Source: Bacteroidales bacterium
Lineage (GTDB): Bacteria > Bacteroidota > Bacteroidia > Bacteroidales > VadinHA17
Direction: 5' to 3'
DNA length: 64,000 nt
Assembly: GCA_025454755.1 (NCBI GenBank)
Contig: JALONV010000004.1
Span: 2,594 to 66,593 of the forward strand
Shown: positions 36,111 to 45,535 of the stretch, in pieces
Numbering within the stretch: position 1 is the first letter of the stretch
Layout of the letters: each line of letters opens with the position of its first letter
The notes under the pieces: generated by a model
The model's database searches: none
What the model saw: the letters and a program-made list of their open reading frames with translations, nothing else
Told to the model about the DNA's origin: nothing
Made by a program: the position numbers and the translations under genes

Positions 36111-37103
36111 ATGAATTCTTTTGGCGTAATTTTCAGAGTATCTGTTTTTGGAGAATCACATGGTCCTGCAATCGGGGTGGTTATTGATGGATGTCCTCCC
36201 GGTCTCCCTCTGGCTACGGATGATTTCATCCCCGACCTTACAAGGAGGCAGAGCGGAAGCAAGGGCACAACAAAACGGCAGGAAGCCGATATCCCTGAGA
36301 TCCTCAGCGGAGTTCATGAGGGTTTCACCAACGGAGCCCCGGTGACGGTAATAACAAGGAACAGGGACAGGATCTCTTCTGATTATGAAGGTTTTAAAGA
36401 TATCCCGCGACCTGGACATGCCGACTTCACCTCAAAGATGAAATATTCCGGCTTTGCCGATATGAGGGGAAGCGGACATTTCTCAGGAAGGATAACATGG
36501 GGACTTGTTGCTGCAGGAGTCATCGCAAAGATGATTGCCGGGAAAAGCGAAATAAACGCCAGTCTCATTTCAGCGGGAGGTTCAACGGATATAGAAAAGG
36601 CTTTGGATGAAGCAATTGCAAAAAATGACTCCATAGGCGGGATTATTGAGTGTGTTGTAAAGGATCCTCCTGTTGCCCTCGGAGAACCTTTCTTCTATTC
36701 CTTTGAATCGGCATTAAGCCACCTGGTGTTTTCAATACCGGCGATCAAAGGCATAGAATTCGGATCGGGATTCGACGCCGCATCAATGAAAGGCTCAGAA
36801 CATAATGATCCTTTCATCGACGGAAAAGGAAAAACCGCAACCAATAAAGCCGGAGGTCTTAATGGAGGAATAACCAACGGAAATGATATAATCTTCAGGG
36901 TGGCTGTCAAGCCAACATCATCAATAGGAGTGGAGCAGAACACTTTCAATTTTACAGAAGGGAAGATGGATATTCTGAAAGTCACCGGCAGGCACGATAC
37001 CTGCATTGCTTTGAGGATGCCTGTCATCGTTGAGGCAGTTACTGCCATTGCCATGGCAGATCTGATCCTTATTGATCGGGGTATAAATACTAAAAGAAAT
37101 TGA
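36111..37103 (+). CDS. aroC: Chorismate synthase
   Basis: FGVIFRVSVFGESHGPAIGVVIDGCPPG, RPGHADF, GGLNGGITNG. At 330 aa it is somewhat shorter than typical. Confidence 0.85.
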   Translation: MNSFGVIFRVSVFGESHGPAIGVVIDGCPPGLPLATDDFIPDLTRRQSGSKGTTKRQEADIPEILSGVHEGFTNGAPVTVITRNRDRISSDYEGFKDIPRPGHADFTSKMKYSGFADMRGSGHFSGRITWGLVAAGVIAKMIAGKSEINASLISAGGSTDIEKALDEAIAKNDSIGGIIECVVKDPPVALGEPFFYSFESALSHLVFSIPAIKGIEFGSGFDAASMKGSEHNDPFIDGKGKTATNKAGGLNGGITNGNDIIFRVAVKPTSSIGVEQNTFNFTEGKMDILKVTGRHDTCIALRMPVIVEAVTAIAMADLILIDRGINTKRN

Positions 37104-37120
37104 GTTTTAATCTTTTTTTT

Positions 37121-37189
37121 CACCACGGATTACACGGAGTGACACGGAGAAAGCACGGAGAAGATCCGTGTAAATCCGTGTTCTCGTGG
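37121..37189. repeat. Intergenic hairpin element of the cacggag/ctccgtg type
   Basis: cacggattacacgg (37124-) pairs with ccgtgtaaatccgtg (37166-80), and the outer arms are accacg/cgtggt. The architecture is the same as the element at 17056-17166. Confidence 0.7.
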
Positions 37190-38530
37190 TTAATTTCTTT
37201 TTGCTTTAATTAAGAGTATTTTTTTTGTAGTTTTAGTGATCCTGAACCTGTTATCGATCCTTTCTCCGATTATCCATACGATCTTTCCGTCAGACTCCAT
37301 GATATAGATTTCCTCTTTTTGCAGACGAGAAAGTTTTTTGTCTATGAAATAGTCGCTCAGTTTCTTTTTCTGATTCATGCCGAACGGATAGAAAAAATCT
37401 CCGGAACGCCATTTTCTTATTATTACCGGGAAGACGATCTTCTGCCGATCGAGGTAAGCCATTTCCGGATCCGGATTGATCTTGAATTCTTTTTTTATTG
37501 AGACAGCTTTTAAAGATTCAATAAGAGGAGATCTTTTCAGACCTGCGACAGAAGCTATTGTAAATGTCCTGTCATCTTCTGTCGGATTTTGCGTTATCAC
37601 TATTTCGTTTCTGTTCTTAAGCAACCTGTGAGTGCCGGTAAATAACTGCCCTCCTGTTCTGCCGGAAATCACTTTCTGAAAGTCTTTAAGAAGGCTGCCC
37701 GTCATTCCAAATGGCCTGAAGAGCTCGAACATAACAGCTTTATTATTACGGTAAGGCTCCAGCATCCTGATGTTTACAATTATGTTCCTATCTCTCTCCC
37801 TGAAAAGCAGTCCTCTTGCCTCAGCAATAAAAACGGAAATTATATCATTTACACCACCAAGCCTTTCGGCGGTTTCATTCAGGGTCGATTCAATCGAAGG
37901 ATTGATTTCTTTCATTGCGGGCAGCACCTTGTGCCTGATCTTATTCCTCGTGAACCTTGTATCTGTGTTTGTTGAATCCTCCCTGTAAATGATCTCGTTC
38001 TCAATGCAATATTCATGAATAGAAAGCCTGGTCGCAAAAAGAAGCGGCCTGATAATAAATCCGGCTGAAGGTTTCATTCCGGAAAGCCCGGCTATGCCTG
38101 TCCCTCTGATCAGGTTCAGAAGGAGTGTCTCTATGTTGTCATTCAGGTTGTGCGCCACCGCAATCCGGTCGTAACAATATTTAGTTCTTATTTTATCGAA
38201 CCAATCATACCTCAATTCCCTGGCGGCCATTTCAATGGAAATGCCTTTCTTTCTGGCATATTCCTTTGTATTGAAGCGTATCGAAAAGAAAGGGATACTA
38301 TGCTTTGACGCATATTTTCTTACCATTTCCTCATCCCCGTCAGACTCTTTTCCGCGAAGACCAAAATTGCAATGTGCGACTCCGGAAAGATATCCTGACT
38401 TTAACAGGAGGTCGGCCATTACCATTGAATCAATTCCTCCGCTGACAGCTGCAAGGATCCTGTCGCTTTCTCTTATAAGTCCGTTCTCTTCAATATATTT
38501 AAGGAATAAGTTCTGCATATTATTTTTCAT
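37190..38530 (-). CDS. tilS: tRNA(Ile)-lysidine synthetase
   Basis: PP-loop AVSGGIDSMV, then HNLNDNIETLLLNLIRGTG. Confidence 0.9.
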   Translation of the reverse strand: MKNNMQNLFLKYIEENGLIRESDRILAAVSGGIDSMVMADLLLKSGYLSGVAHCNFGLRGKESDGDEEMVRKYASKHSIPFFSIRFNTKEYARKKGISIEMAARELRYDWFDKIRTKYCYDRIAVAHNLNDNIETLLLNLIRGTGIAGLSGMKPSAGFIIRPLLFATRLSIHEYCIENEIIYREDSTNTDTRFTRNKIRHKVLPAMKEINPSIESTLNETAERLGGVNDIISVFIAEARGLLFRERDRNIIVNIRMLEPYRNNKAVMFELFRPFGMTGSLLKDFQKVISGRTGGQLFTGTHRLLKNRNEIVITQNPTEDDRTFTIASVAGLKRSPLIESLKAVSIKKEFKINPDPEMAYLDRQKIVFPVIIRKWRSGDFFYPFGMNQKKKLSDYFIDKKLSRLQKEEIYIMESDGKIVWIIGERIDNRFRITKTTKKILLIKAKRN

Positions 38531-40467
38531 CGATAAGGTAGAACTGTCGGGAGTCCCGGATCAAAGTTGCCAGGCTTAAGCAATTGCTCGCCAGAAACAG
38601 TAACATTGGTGGTAGTGGAGTATTGCGGCAGATTTGGATAGAAACCCACCCTGATCTGGAAAGTATTGAAAACAAGATTGTCATTCCTGATCCTGACACC
38701 GAACCCGATACTTGAGAGAAACTCTCCCTGGCTTACGAATTCGTTAGTCCCGAACAAATAACCAAGACCGCCGAACGCAAAAAATGAGAACCTGAAGCCA
38801 TACAGATTTCGGGGACTGAACAATACTGATTCTATATTTAATGCAAACCTCTGAGTTCCTCCTGCTGAGTCGTTTCTGAATCCTGAAAAACTGTTCTCCC
38901 TCTCATATACAAGATACTCATCAGTATTTCTGTCGAATCCCCTTGTGTAGTCGACCATTACAAAATTTCTGTTCCTGAACCTGCCCAGGTAAAGAAGATT
39001 GGATACATAGTCAGAACGGAGAAGGAGCATGCCCTGTTTTGTGGCTGGACCAATAAAAAAAGTTGAAATACCTGCGGAAGTATAGAAATATCCCAGTGGT
39101 CTTATTGAATGTCCGATAGCTGCAAAAATCCCTGCATAGACTCTGTCCCTGTTCTCATTTATCTCCCTGCCTCCCGTAAAAGTTATCAATCCTCCATATG
39201 GGATATCTTCCGTTCGACCGTATCCGTAGATCAAGTTGGTTTTATAGTATTTCTGCATGGAAAAGCTGATTGAACCCAGCAGCATCCTGTATTTCTGGAG
39301 GTAGTGGTACGAATCAGGGAGAACGAAGGGATGATCGAATACATTATTATTGGTATATCTCGCTCCGATTATTATTCTGGACACGGATTCCTTGTCTATC
39401 AGGAACGACCTTGTGAGCCAATAGTCCTGGAGGGTGTATTTCAGCGGTTCAGGGACCGTCAGGGTGTCAAGATTCTCCACAGTGGACATTTTCCTTAACG
39501 AAATTCCTCCGGCATATTTTGTAGTAGAGCTAACCAGGTTGCGCTCAAGGCTGAATCCGTATGTTTTTTTCCCAAGGCCGTCAAAATATAAGAGATTCAG
39601 GTTTATGAATGAACGCCAGAGGTTATTGACATTGTATTCTATCCCAAATCCCGGTGAATCAGGAAGGTCAGGATTGTACGACATATCCAGCCTTAACTCA
39701 TGTCCCAGACCAAAAAGGTTTTTTTCAAACAGGGATAAGGAACCTTTGTTAATGCTCTTGTAGTCAAAGTCAGCTCCGACAGAGTATACATCCCTTGTAA
39801 TTACAAGAATATCCACATTTCCATCAGATACAGGTATTACAATTATTCTTGATTCGTCGATGAATGGCAGTTCTCTCAGGAGTCTTTCGTTATCGCTCAT
39901 TAGCAGTGGCGATAAAGTGTCTCCTTCCGAAAAAAGAAGGTTTTTCCGGATTATAAATTCATTTGTGTTAAGGTGGGTTTTGTTAAGAAAGATCTCTGTC
40001 CTGGTCGGATCATTGTAGAGAGGATTGTTGATATTAGTCCCGAAAACGTCAAGTCTCTGAATTCTTATCTTCCGGATTGTTTTTCCGCTGTATTCTGAAA
40101 AAATCTCCTGGCTTGACTCCGAAATATGTTTTGAAGAGGTGGTCTGTGCCGGGACTACCAGAAGATCAAATAACTTCCTGGTTATAATGAATCTGGAAGC
40201 TCTGTATTCGAGTGAATCATAGAAAAGAGAACTCCTGTTATCGGCCAGGATCGATGAAGGGATGATTGAATTAGGTCTTTCCAAAGAATTTCTTTCTGCG
40301 AAAAAAGAGCGGGCAAGGGGAAGATCAATAACACTATACGGCCGGTTCAGATTAACAGAATCGGCGATGGCTTGTGTCTGCGAATAAAGAGTTGTGCTAC
40401 AGGAAAGGAGTGCCAGCAATACGACTGGCAGAGCTGATCTTCCATATTTAGCCGGCTGGCACCACAT
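38527..40467 (-). CDS. Outer-membrane beta-barrel protein (Omp85/BamA-family-like)
   Basis: A signal/lipobox-like N-terminus, a POTRA-like IRKIRIQRLDVFGT segment, alternating aromatic beta-strand patterns and a C-terminal aromatic residue. The family assignment was made by eye only. Confidence 0.5.
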   Translation of the reverse strand: MWCQPAKYGRSALPVVLLALLSCSTTLYSQTQAIADSVNLNRPYSVIDLPLARSFFAERNSLERPNSIIPSSILADNRSSLFYDSLEYRASRFIITRKLFDLLVVPAQTTSSKHISESSQEIFSEYSGKTIRKIRIQRLDVFGTNINNPLYNDPTRTEIFLNKTHLNTNEFIIRKNLLFSEGDTLSPLLMSDNERLLRELPFIDESRIIVIPVSDGNVDILVITRDVYSVGADFDYKSINKGSLSLFEKNLFGLGHELRLDMSYNPDLPDSPGFGIEYNVNNLWRSFINLNLLYFDGLGKKTYGFSLERNLVSSTTKYAGGISLRKMSTVENLDTLTVPEPLKYTLQDYWLTRSFLIDKESVSRIIIGARYTNNNVFDHPFVLPDSYHYLQKYRMLLGSISFSMQKYYKTNLIYGYGRTEDIPYGGLITFTGGREINENRDRVYAGIFAAIGHSIRPLGYFYTSAGISTFFIGPATKQGMLLLRSDYVSNLLYLGRFRNRNFVMVDYTRGFDRNTDEYLVYERENSFSGFRNDSAGGTQRFALNIESVLFSPRNLYGFRFSFFAFGGLGYLFGTNEFVSQGEFLSSIGFGVRIRNDNLVFNTFQIRVGFYPNLPQYSTTTNVTVSGEQLLKPGNFDPGLPTVLPYR

Positions 40468-41177
40468 CAGGTTTCCTTAGAGTTGTCAATAAGGACGTCA
40501 TCAGAATTGAACTGGAATCCAAGACGCTTGCCTGTGATTATCCTTGAGTGCTGGATTTTTGCCTCTACCTGTCCGACAGTAGCTATTTTTACAGTATCGT
40601 AAGGCGGGACCAGCAGATCAAATTCAAGGGAATACTGAATAGCTGTTTCAATGATTATCTGTAGTGATTTCTTGTTTATCTCTTCGTTCCCGTAGTTGGA
40701 GAAAAGCATGCCCATCTGTCTCTTGCCTTCCACGAAATACTGATTCTCATGATTAATGAATATTCTGGCAATGAGGTACCCGAGGTCATCCATTCTCGAG
40801 TATTTGAAGGAATCAGCAAGGAAGTTGTAGATATTAATTATTCCTGAGTATGCATTGTACTTGTTCTTCTGGATATATGATGTCTTCCATGCCGGATGTT
40901 CCCTGTCGAACTGAAAGATGTTTGAATGCATGCTGAAAAGAAGAATATCACCGGCAACCTTGATCTGGGCATCGAAGCTGCTCCGGTCAGTATATTCAAG
41001 CTTGATCCTCTGATCAATACTCCCGAGGCTGCCATTCACATCCTTTGACAGGGTTTTCAGGATGTCCTTGAGTATGCAGAAGGAAGAAAACGCATTGTCG
41101 AAGACTTTCTGTTTCAATACGGATTTCTCTTTCAGAGTGCCTATGATCAACTGTTTCTTTTCCTCCTGGTTCTCCAT
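40467..41177 (-). CDS. Hypothetical cytoplasmic protein
   Basis: A 236-aa protein with no recognisable motifs. It overlaps the downstream OMP gene by 1 nt, so it is probably the first gene of a hyp-OMP-tilS operon. Confidence 0.55.
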   Translation of the reverse strand: MENQEEKKQLIIGTLKEKSVLKQKVFDNAFSSFCILKDILKTLSKDVNGSLGSIDQRIKLEYTDRSSFDAQIKVAGDILLFSMHSNIFQFDREHPAWKTSYIQKNKYNAYSGIINIYNFLADSFKYSRMDDLGYLIARIFINHENQYFVEGKRQMGMLFSNYGNEEINKKSLQIIIETAIQYSLEFDLLVPPYDTVKIATVGQVEAKIQHSRIITGKRLGFQFNSDDVLIDNSKET

Positions 41178-41230
41178 GATTTAGTTTATTTATTCAAGAA
41201 TAGAGACAACTAATTTAGTAATAATAATTG

Positions 41231-42706
41231 TTAGTAAGAACGTGCAAAAAGGACTCTCTTTTTTGAAGGTTTTCCAGAAAAAATGCATTTGCCTTCCTCT
41301 TCAGGTGAATCGAAAGGAATACATCTTATTGTTGCTTTGGTTTCCTCCTTTATCTTTTCTTCAGTCTCCGGTGTACCGTCCCAGTGGGCCATTATAAAAC
41401 CGCCTTCATTATCGAGTATGCTTACAAAGTCTTTCCAGGTGTCAACATATCTGGTGTTCTCTTTCTTGAATTCAGATGCCTTTATGTAGATGTTCTTCTG
41501 AATATCTTCAAGAAGAGCGCTGATATGTTTAACTGCTGTATCCATTTTGATGGTTTCTTTTTCAAGAGTATCCCTCCGGGCGATCTCAACCGTACCATTT
41601 TCTATATCCCTGGGGCCGATTGCTATACGAACAGGAACTCCTTTTAGTTCATAATTGGCGAATTTCCAGCCTGGTTTGTTAGTATCACGGTCATCATATT
41701 TCACCGTCATTCCTGCTGCTTCCAGACCGGCCCTGATCTTCACCGCTGCTTTCGAAATTGTATCCAGCTGTTCAGTGTTTTTGTATATGGGTATGATAAC
41801 TACCTGTATGGGTGCGAGGCGGGGAGGAAGAACGAGGCCATGGTTGTCTGCATGTGCCATAATGAGAGCTCCGATCATCCTTGTTGACAATCCCCATGAT
41901 GTTGCCCAGACATAATCAAGTTTACCCGTTTTATCCGTAAACTGAACGTCGAATGCTTTTGCAAAGTTCTGGCCGAGAAAATGGCTTGTGCCTGCCTGAA
42001 GGGCTTTGCCGTCCTGCATAAGTGCTTCAATCGCATAAGTATCAATGGCTCCGGCAAAACGTTCAGCTTCAGATTTGTAGCCTTTGATAACGGGCAGTGC
42101 CATATAATTCTCCGCAAAATCGGCATATACATTAATCATCTTCACAGTCTCTTCAACAGCCTCTTCACGTGTTGCATGAGCCGTATGGCCCTCCTGCCAC
42201 AGGAATTCAGCAGTCCGGAGAAAAAGCCTGGTCCTCATTTCCCACCTGACAACATTGCACCATTGATTTATCAGAATGGGGAGGTCCCTGTATGATTGTA
42301 TCCAGTTCTTGTATGAATTCCAGATTATAGTTTCGGAGGTGGGGCGTATAATGAGCTCTTCCTCAAGCTTTGCGGAAGGATCGACAATAACGCCTTTGCC
42401 ATTGGGATCGCTTTTGAGCCGGTAATGCGTAACAATTGCGCACTCTTTTGCGAATCCTTCAACATGTTTTGCCTCCCTGCTGAAAAATGATTTTGGGATA
42501 AAAAGGGGGAAATATGCATTAACATGACCTGTTGCCTTGAACATGCTGTCGAGCTGAGCCTGTATCTTTTCCCATATCGCATAACCATAAGGTTTGATAA
42601 CCATGCAACCTCTCACTGCAGAGTTTTCTGCCAATTCCGCCTTGATTACCAGATCATTATACCACTGTGCATAATTCTCATCCCTGTTAGTTAAAAACTT
42701 AGCCAT
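41231..42706 (-). CDS. proS: Proline--tRNA ligase (archaeal/eukaryote-like type)
   Basis: A 491-aa protein with [48 protein letters not shown] and a C-terminal YS-ending domain. Confidence 0.92.
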   Translation of the reverse strand: MAKFLTNRDENYAQWYNDLVIKAELAENSAVRGCMVIKPYGYAIWEKIQAQLDSMFKATGHVNAYFPLFIPKSFFSREAKHVEGFAKECAIVTHYRLKSDPNGKGVIVDPSAKLEEELIIRPTSETIIWNSYKNWIQSYRDLPILINQWCNVVRWEMRTRLFLRTAEFLWQEGHTAHATREEAVEETVKMINVYADFAENYMALPVIKGYKSEAERFAGAIDTYAIEALMQDGKALQAGTSHFLGQNFAKAFDVQFTDKTGKLDYVWATSWGLSTRMIGALIMAHADNHGLVLPPRLAPIQVVIIPIYKNTEQLDTISKAAVKIRAGLEAAGMTVKYDDRDTNKPGWKFANYELKGVPVRIAIGPRDIENGTVEIARRDTLEKETIKMDTAVKHISALLEDIQKNIYIKASEFKKENTRYVDTWKDFVSILDNEGGFIMAHWDGTPETEEKIKEETKATIRCIPFDSPEEEGKCIFSGKPSKKRVLFARSY

Positions 42707-42804
42707 AATTTTGGTACGCTATTTGATTTATTACTTTTGAATTTAAAAGATTGCGTAAAAATAGATAAAAACTTTAGTTATCAACAAAAAAACAGGAGGT
42801 CATC

Positions 42805-44028
42805 ATGAAAGCAAAATTCTACACCTTGATCTTATCAGCACTTCTGCTCGCAGGTTTACCTGTAAAAGCCCAGTTCACTGATAATCGCGACTTCAGAAAT
42901 GATGATGCCGGAATTGTAATAAATAATTACTATGATGATTATGATTATTACTATTCATCGCGTATTAACAGGTTTCACAGATCATACTCTGCTTTCGACT
43001 ATTACTCTCCTGTATTCACTGAAACATACTGGTACAGCTACCAGCCTTATTCATGGGGAGTAAGCATATACGGCAGAAGCGGAAGAGGATTCGGTTTCGC
43101 TGTCAATTTTCCGGTTTACTACTACGGCTGGGGAACCGATTACGGGTATGATTACAATTACGGATGGTACGACCCTTACTATGGAAACTCATGGTACCGG
43201 GGTTACGATCCATTCTACTCCAGCTGGTATTCACCGGTGGTTATCAACATCAATGCAGGATATAACTGGAGAAGCAATCACTACTGGAACTGGTACGGGC
43301 ACAACCATCTGTATCATAACTACAGACCGGTATACCATACAACAAATAATTATTATTACGGCAACAACTACTACAGAGATTCTTACAGGCCGATGCCTGA
43401 CCGCAATAAACCAGGTGAATACTACAGGAAATCTCCTGGTGAAAAGCGTGAATCGGTTCCTGCACCTGATTCAAGAACCCGTCCGAACGACAGGAACTCT
43501 TCAAACCAGGGTAATACCGGGAACAACGGGAATAATGGCAATAACAGTAACAATGGAAATAACCAGAACAGCCGTCCTGCCGGAAACAATGGGAACTTCG
43601 ACCGGAATGACCGCAACACCAACAATAACGGCAACAACAATAACAGCCAGCCAGGTGGTAACAATGGCAATTTTGGTGATAAGAACACTGAAAGAAAGCC
43701 AGGTACGGTTCCTGCAACAAGCCGCCCGACAGCACCTGCAAGGACACAGCCCGCCAATACCAGTCCTTCAAGAAGCACTACAGCTCCGGCAACCCGCAGC
43801 AACACAAGCACCAGTTCCGGAAGAACCTACAGTGCTCCTTCAGGAAGCACGTCTACACAGAGAAGTCAGACGACTGCCTCCCAGGGAAGAAGCTCATCAG
43901 CAGGATCGGCAGCCAGATCCTCCGGAAGTTCGACCAGATCTAAAACATCCTCTTCATCAAAGTCCACATCAGGATCTTCATCGAAGTCAGGCGACAGTGA
44001 AAACAGAAGCAGCAAATCAAGAAGGTAA
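42805..44028 (+). CDS. Exported Tyr/Trp-rich, Asn/Gly-rich, Ser/Thr-rich low-complexity protein (paralog A)
   Basis: Signal peptide MKAKFYTLILSALLLAGLPVKAQ, an aromatic-rich block (YYYGWGTDYGYDYNYGWYDPYYGNSWYRGYDPFYSSWYSP), an NNGNNGNN tract, and an S/T/R-rich tail ending KSRR. AGGAGG lies 7 nt upstream of the ATG. Confidence 0.75.
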   Translation: MKAKFYTLILSALLLAGLPVKAQFTDNRDFRNDDAGIVINNYYDDYDYYYSSRINRFHRSYSAFDYYSPVFTETYWYSYQPYSWGVSIYGRSGRGFGFAVNFPVYYYGWGTDYGYDYNYGWYDPYYGNSWYRGYDPFYSSWYSPVVININAGYNWRSNHYWNWYGHNHLYHNYRPVYHTTNNYYYGNNYYRDSYRPMPDRNKPGEYYRKSPGEKRESVPAPDSRTRPNDRNSSNQGNTGNNGNNGNNSNNGNNQNSRPAGNNGNFDRNDRNTNNNGNNNNSQPGGNNGNFGDKNTERKPGTVPATSRPTAPARTQPANTSPSRSTTAPATRSNTSTSSGRTYSAPSGSTSTQRSQTTASQGRSSSAGSAARSSGSSTRSKTSSSSKSTSGSSSKSGDSENRSSKSRR

Positions 44029-44138
44029 TCATAAATAAAAAATGTTAAATTTGAAGCATGTTGGAATCTAACCTTACCGGCATGCTTTTTTGGTACAATT
44101 TTTGCGCTTAATCAAGAAAACAATAGAGGGAATCAAAG

Positions 44139-45455
44139 ATGAAAGCACTAAATTACCTTATAATCCTTGCACTTCTGGTCTTAATGTCCTGTTCCTCAGG
44201 CATGTATTCAGGAGTTGAGTATGATGACCTTTACTTTCAGCCTTCTGATCAGGTTGTGGTAAGAATGAAAACTCCATCCGGCAAACAGATAACGGAAGGA
44301 AATCTCAAGTCGCAGGATTACTACAACAACATATATGCGGCAGATACCCTCGTTTCAGAAGAATATGCTGATGCCGCATATGATGACTTTAACCAGCAGA
44401 ACATCTATAACTATTATGATAATTTCTCCTACTCGGGAAGACTGAGGAATTTCTACGGAAACTATTTTTACCCCTACTGGAGAGATCCTTTTTATTCCAG
44501 CTGGGGAAATCCTTACATGTACAACGGTTTTGGTTACCCCTACAGGTACTATGATCCTTTCTATTCTGATCCCTTCTTCTACGACTACGGATATTATGGA
44601 AGTTACTGGCCATATAATTCCTTCAGTTTCTATGGAGGCTATTATGGCGGGTATTACGGTTATAATTCATACTTCGGCTATCCCTATTATAACAACAGCT
44701 ACTATTCATATCGCTATAACGATGCCGGCGGTGCGCAATACGGAAGAAGAGAAAGACAGAGCAATCTCTCGTCAGACTGGAACAACAGGGTTCCTGTAAC
44801 CGCAACCGGAAGGAGAGACAGCTTTGATTCGAAGAGCACAAGCGGAGATATTGCAGCAAGAAGAACAGTTCCCTCTTCTTCTGTTACAACCAGAACTGCT
44901 CCGATGACAAATGCTGCCAGGTCTGCCCAGGAAGTTACGAAGAGCTCCGGTGCTCAGTCCAGAACCGTCGAAACCAAGAGCCCTTCTGCATCACGGCCTT
45001 CTTATAACAGCGTTGACAGGACCTATACGCCCAGTTACAACAATCCCCGCATGAGCACTACGCCTTCATATAACACAAGCAGAACAACCCCGGATGTAAG
45101 CTCTGTACGCAGCGAAACATATCGTGGCAGCTCTGAAAGAAGCAGCTCATACTCACAGGGACAGACCAGAACAGCTCCTGCTTCCAGCAGTGCGAGAAGC
45201 TATTCTGCTCCTTCAAGCCGCAGCCAGAGCAGTTATTCCACTCCTTCAAGCCGCAGCCAGAACAGTTCAAGCTATTCAACGCCCAGGTCGTACAGCTCCA
45301 CACCATCAAGCAGATCATACAACTCAGGCTCCAGCAGCTATTCGTCCGGTTCGGGAAGCTATTCATCAGGTTCAAGTTCGGGAGGCGGAAGCTCTTCATC
45401 GGGTTCATCCTCCAGATCTGACGGTGGAGGCAGTTCATCGAGCGGGAGAAGATAA
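44139..45455 (+). CDS. Tyr-rich, Ser-rich low-complexity lipoprotein (paralog B)
   Basis: Lipobox LVLMSCSS, an aromatic block (YFYPYWRDPFYSSWGNPYMYNGFGYPYRYYDPFYSDPFFYDYGYYGSYW) that shares the DPFYSSW motif with paralog A, and a Ser-rich tail with a 33-nt tandem repeat (45208-45234 / 45241-45267) ending SGRR. Confidence 0.75.
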   Translation: MKALNYLIILALLVLMSCSSGMYSGVEYDDLYFQPSDQVVVRMKTPSGKQITEGNLKSQDYYNNIYAADTLVSEEYADAAYDDFNQQNIYNYYDNFSYSGRLRNFYGNYFYPYWRDPFYSSWGNPYMYNGFGYPYRYYDPFYSDPFFYDYGYYGSYWPYNSFSFYGGYYGGYYGYNSYFGYPYYNNSYYSYRYNDAGGAQYGRRERQSNLSSDWNNRVPVTATGRRDSFDSKSTSGDIAARRTVPSSSVTTRTAPMTNAARSAQEVTKSSGAQSRTVETKSPSASRPSYNSVDRTYTPSYNNPRMSTTPSYNTSRTTPDVSSVRSETYRGSSERSSSYSQGQTRTAPASSSARSYSAPSSRSQSSYSTPSSRSQNSSSYSTPRSYSSTPSSRSYNSGSSSYSSGSGSYSSGSSSGGGSSSSGSSSRSDGGGSSSSGRR

Positions 45456-45535
45456 GGGCAGACAATTTCTGATCTCAGTTTTCGTTCATTCTGGTTATAG
45501 AGTGGTGGGATGGTTTTACTAAAAAAAATGTGAAC

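Noticed and set aside
43148-44038. Alternative-frame ORFs across the Tyr-rich genes (43148-44038, 43250-43771(-), 43422-43811(-), 44389-44859, 45058-45522)
   Set aside because: They are artefacts of extreme compositional bias. Only the annotated frames carry a signal peptide or lipobox and the motif shared between the two paralogs.
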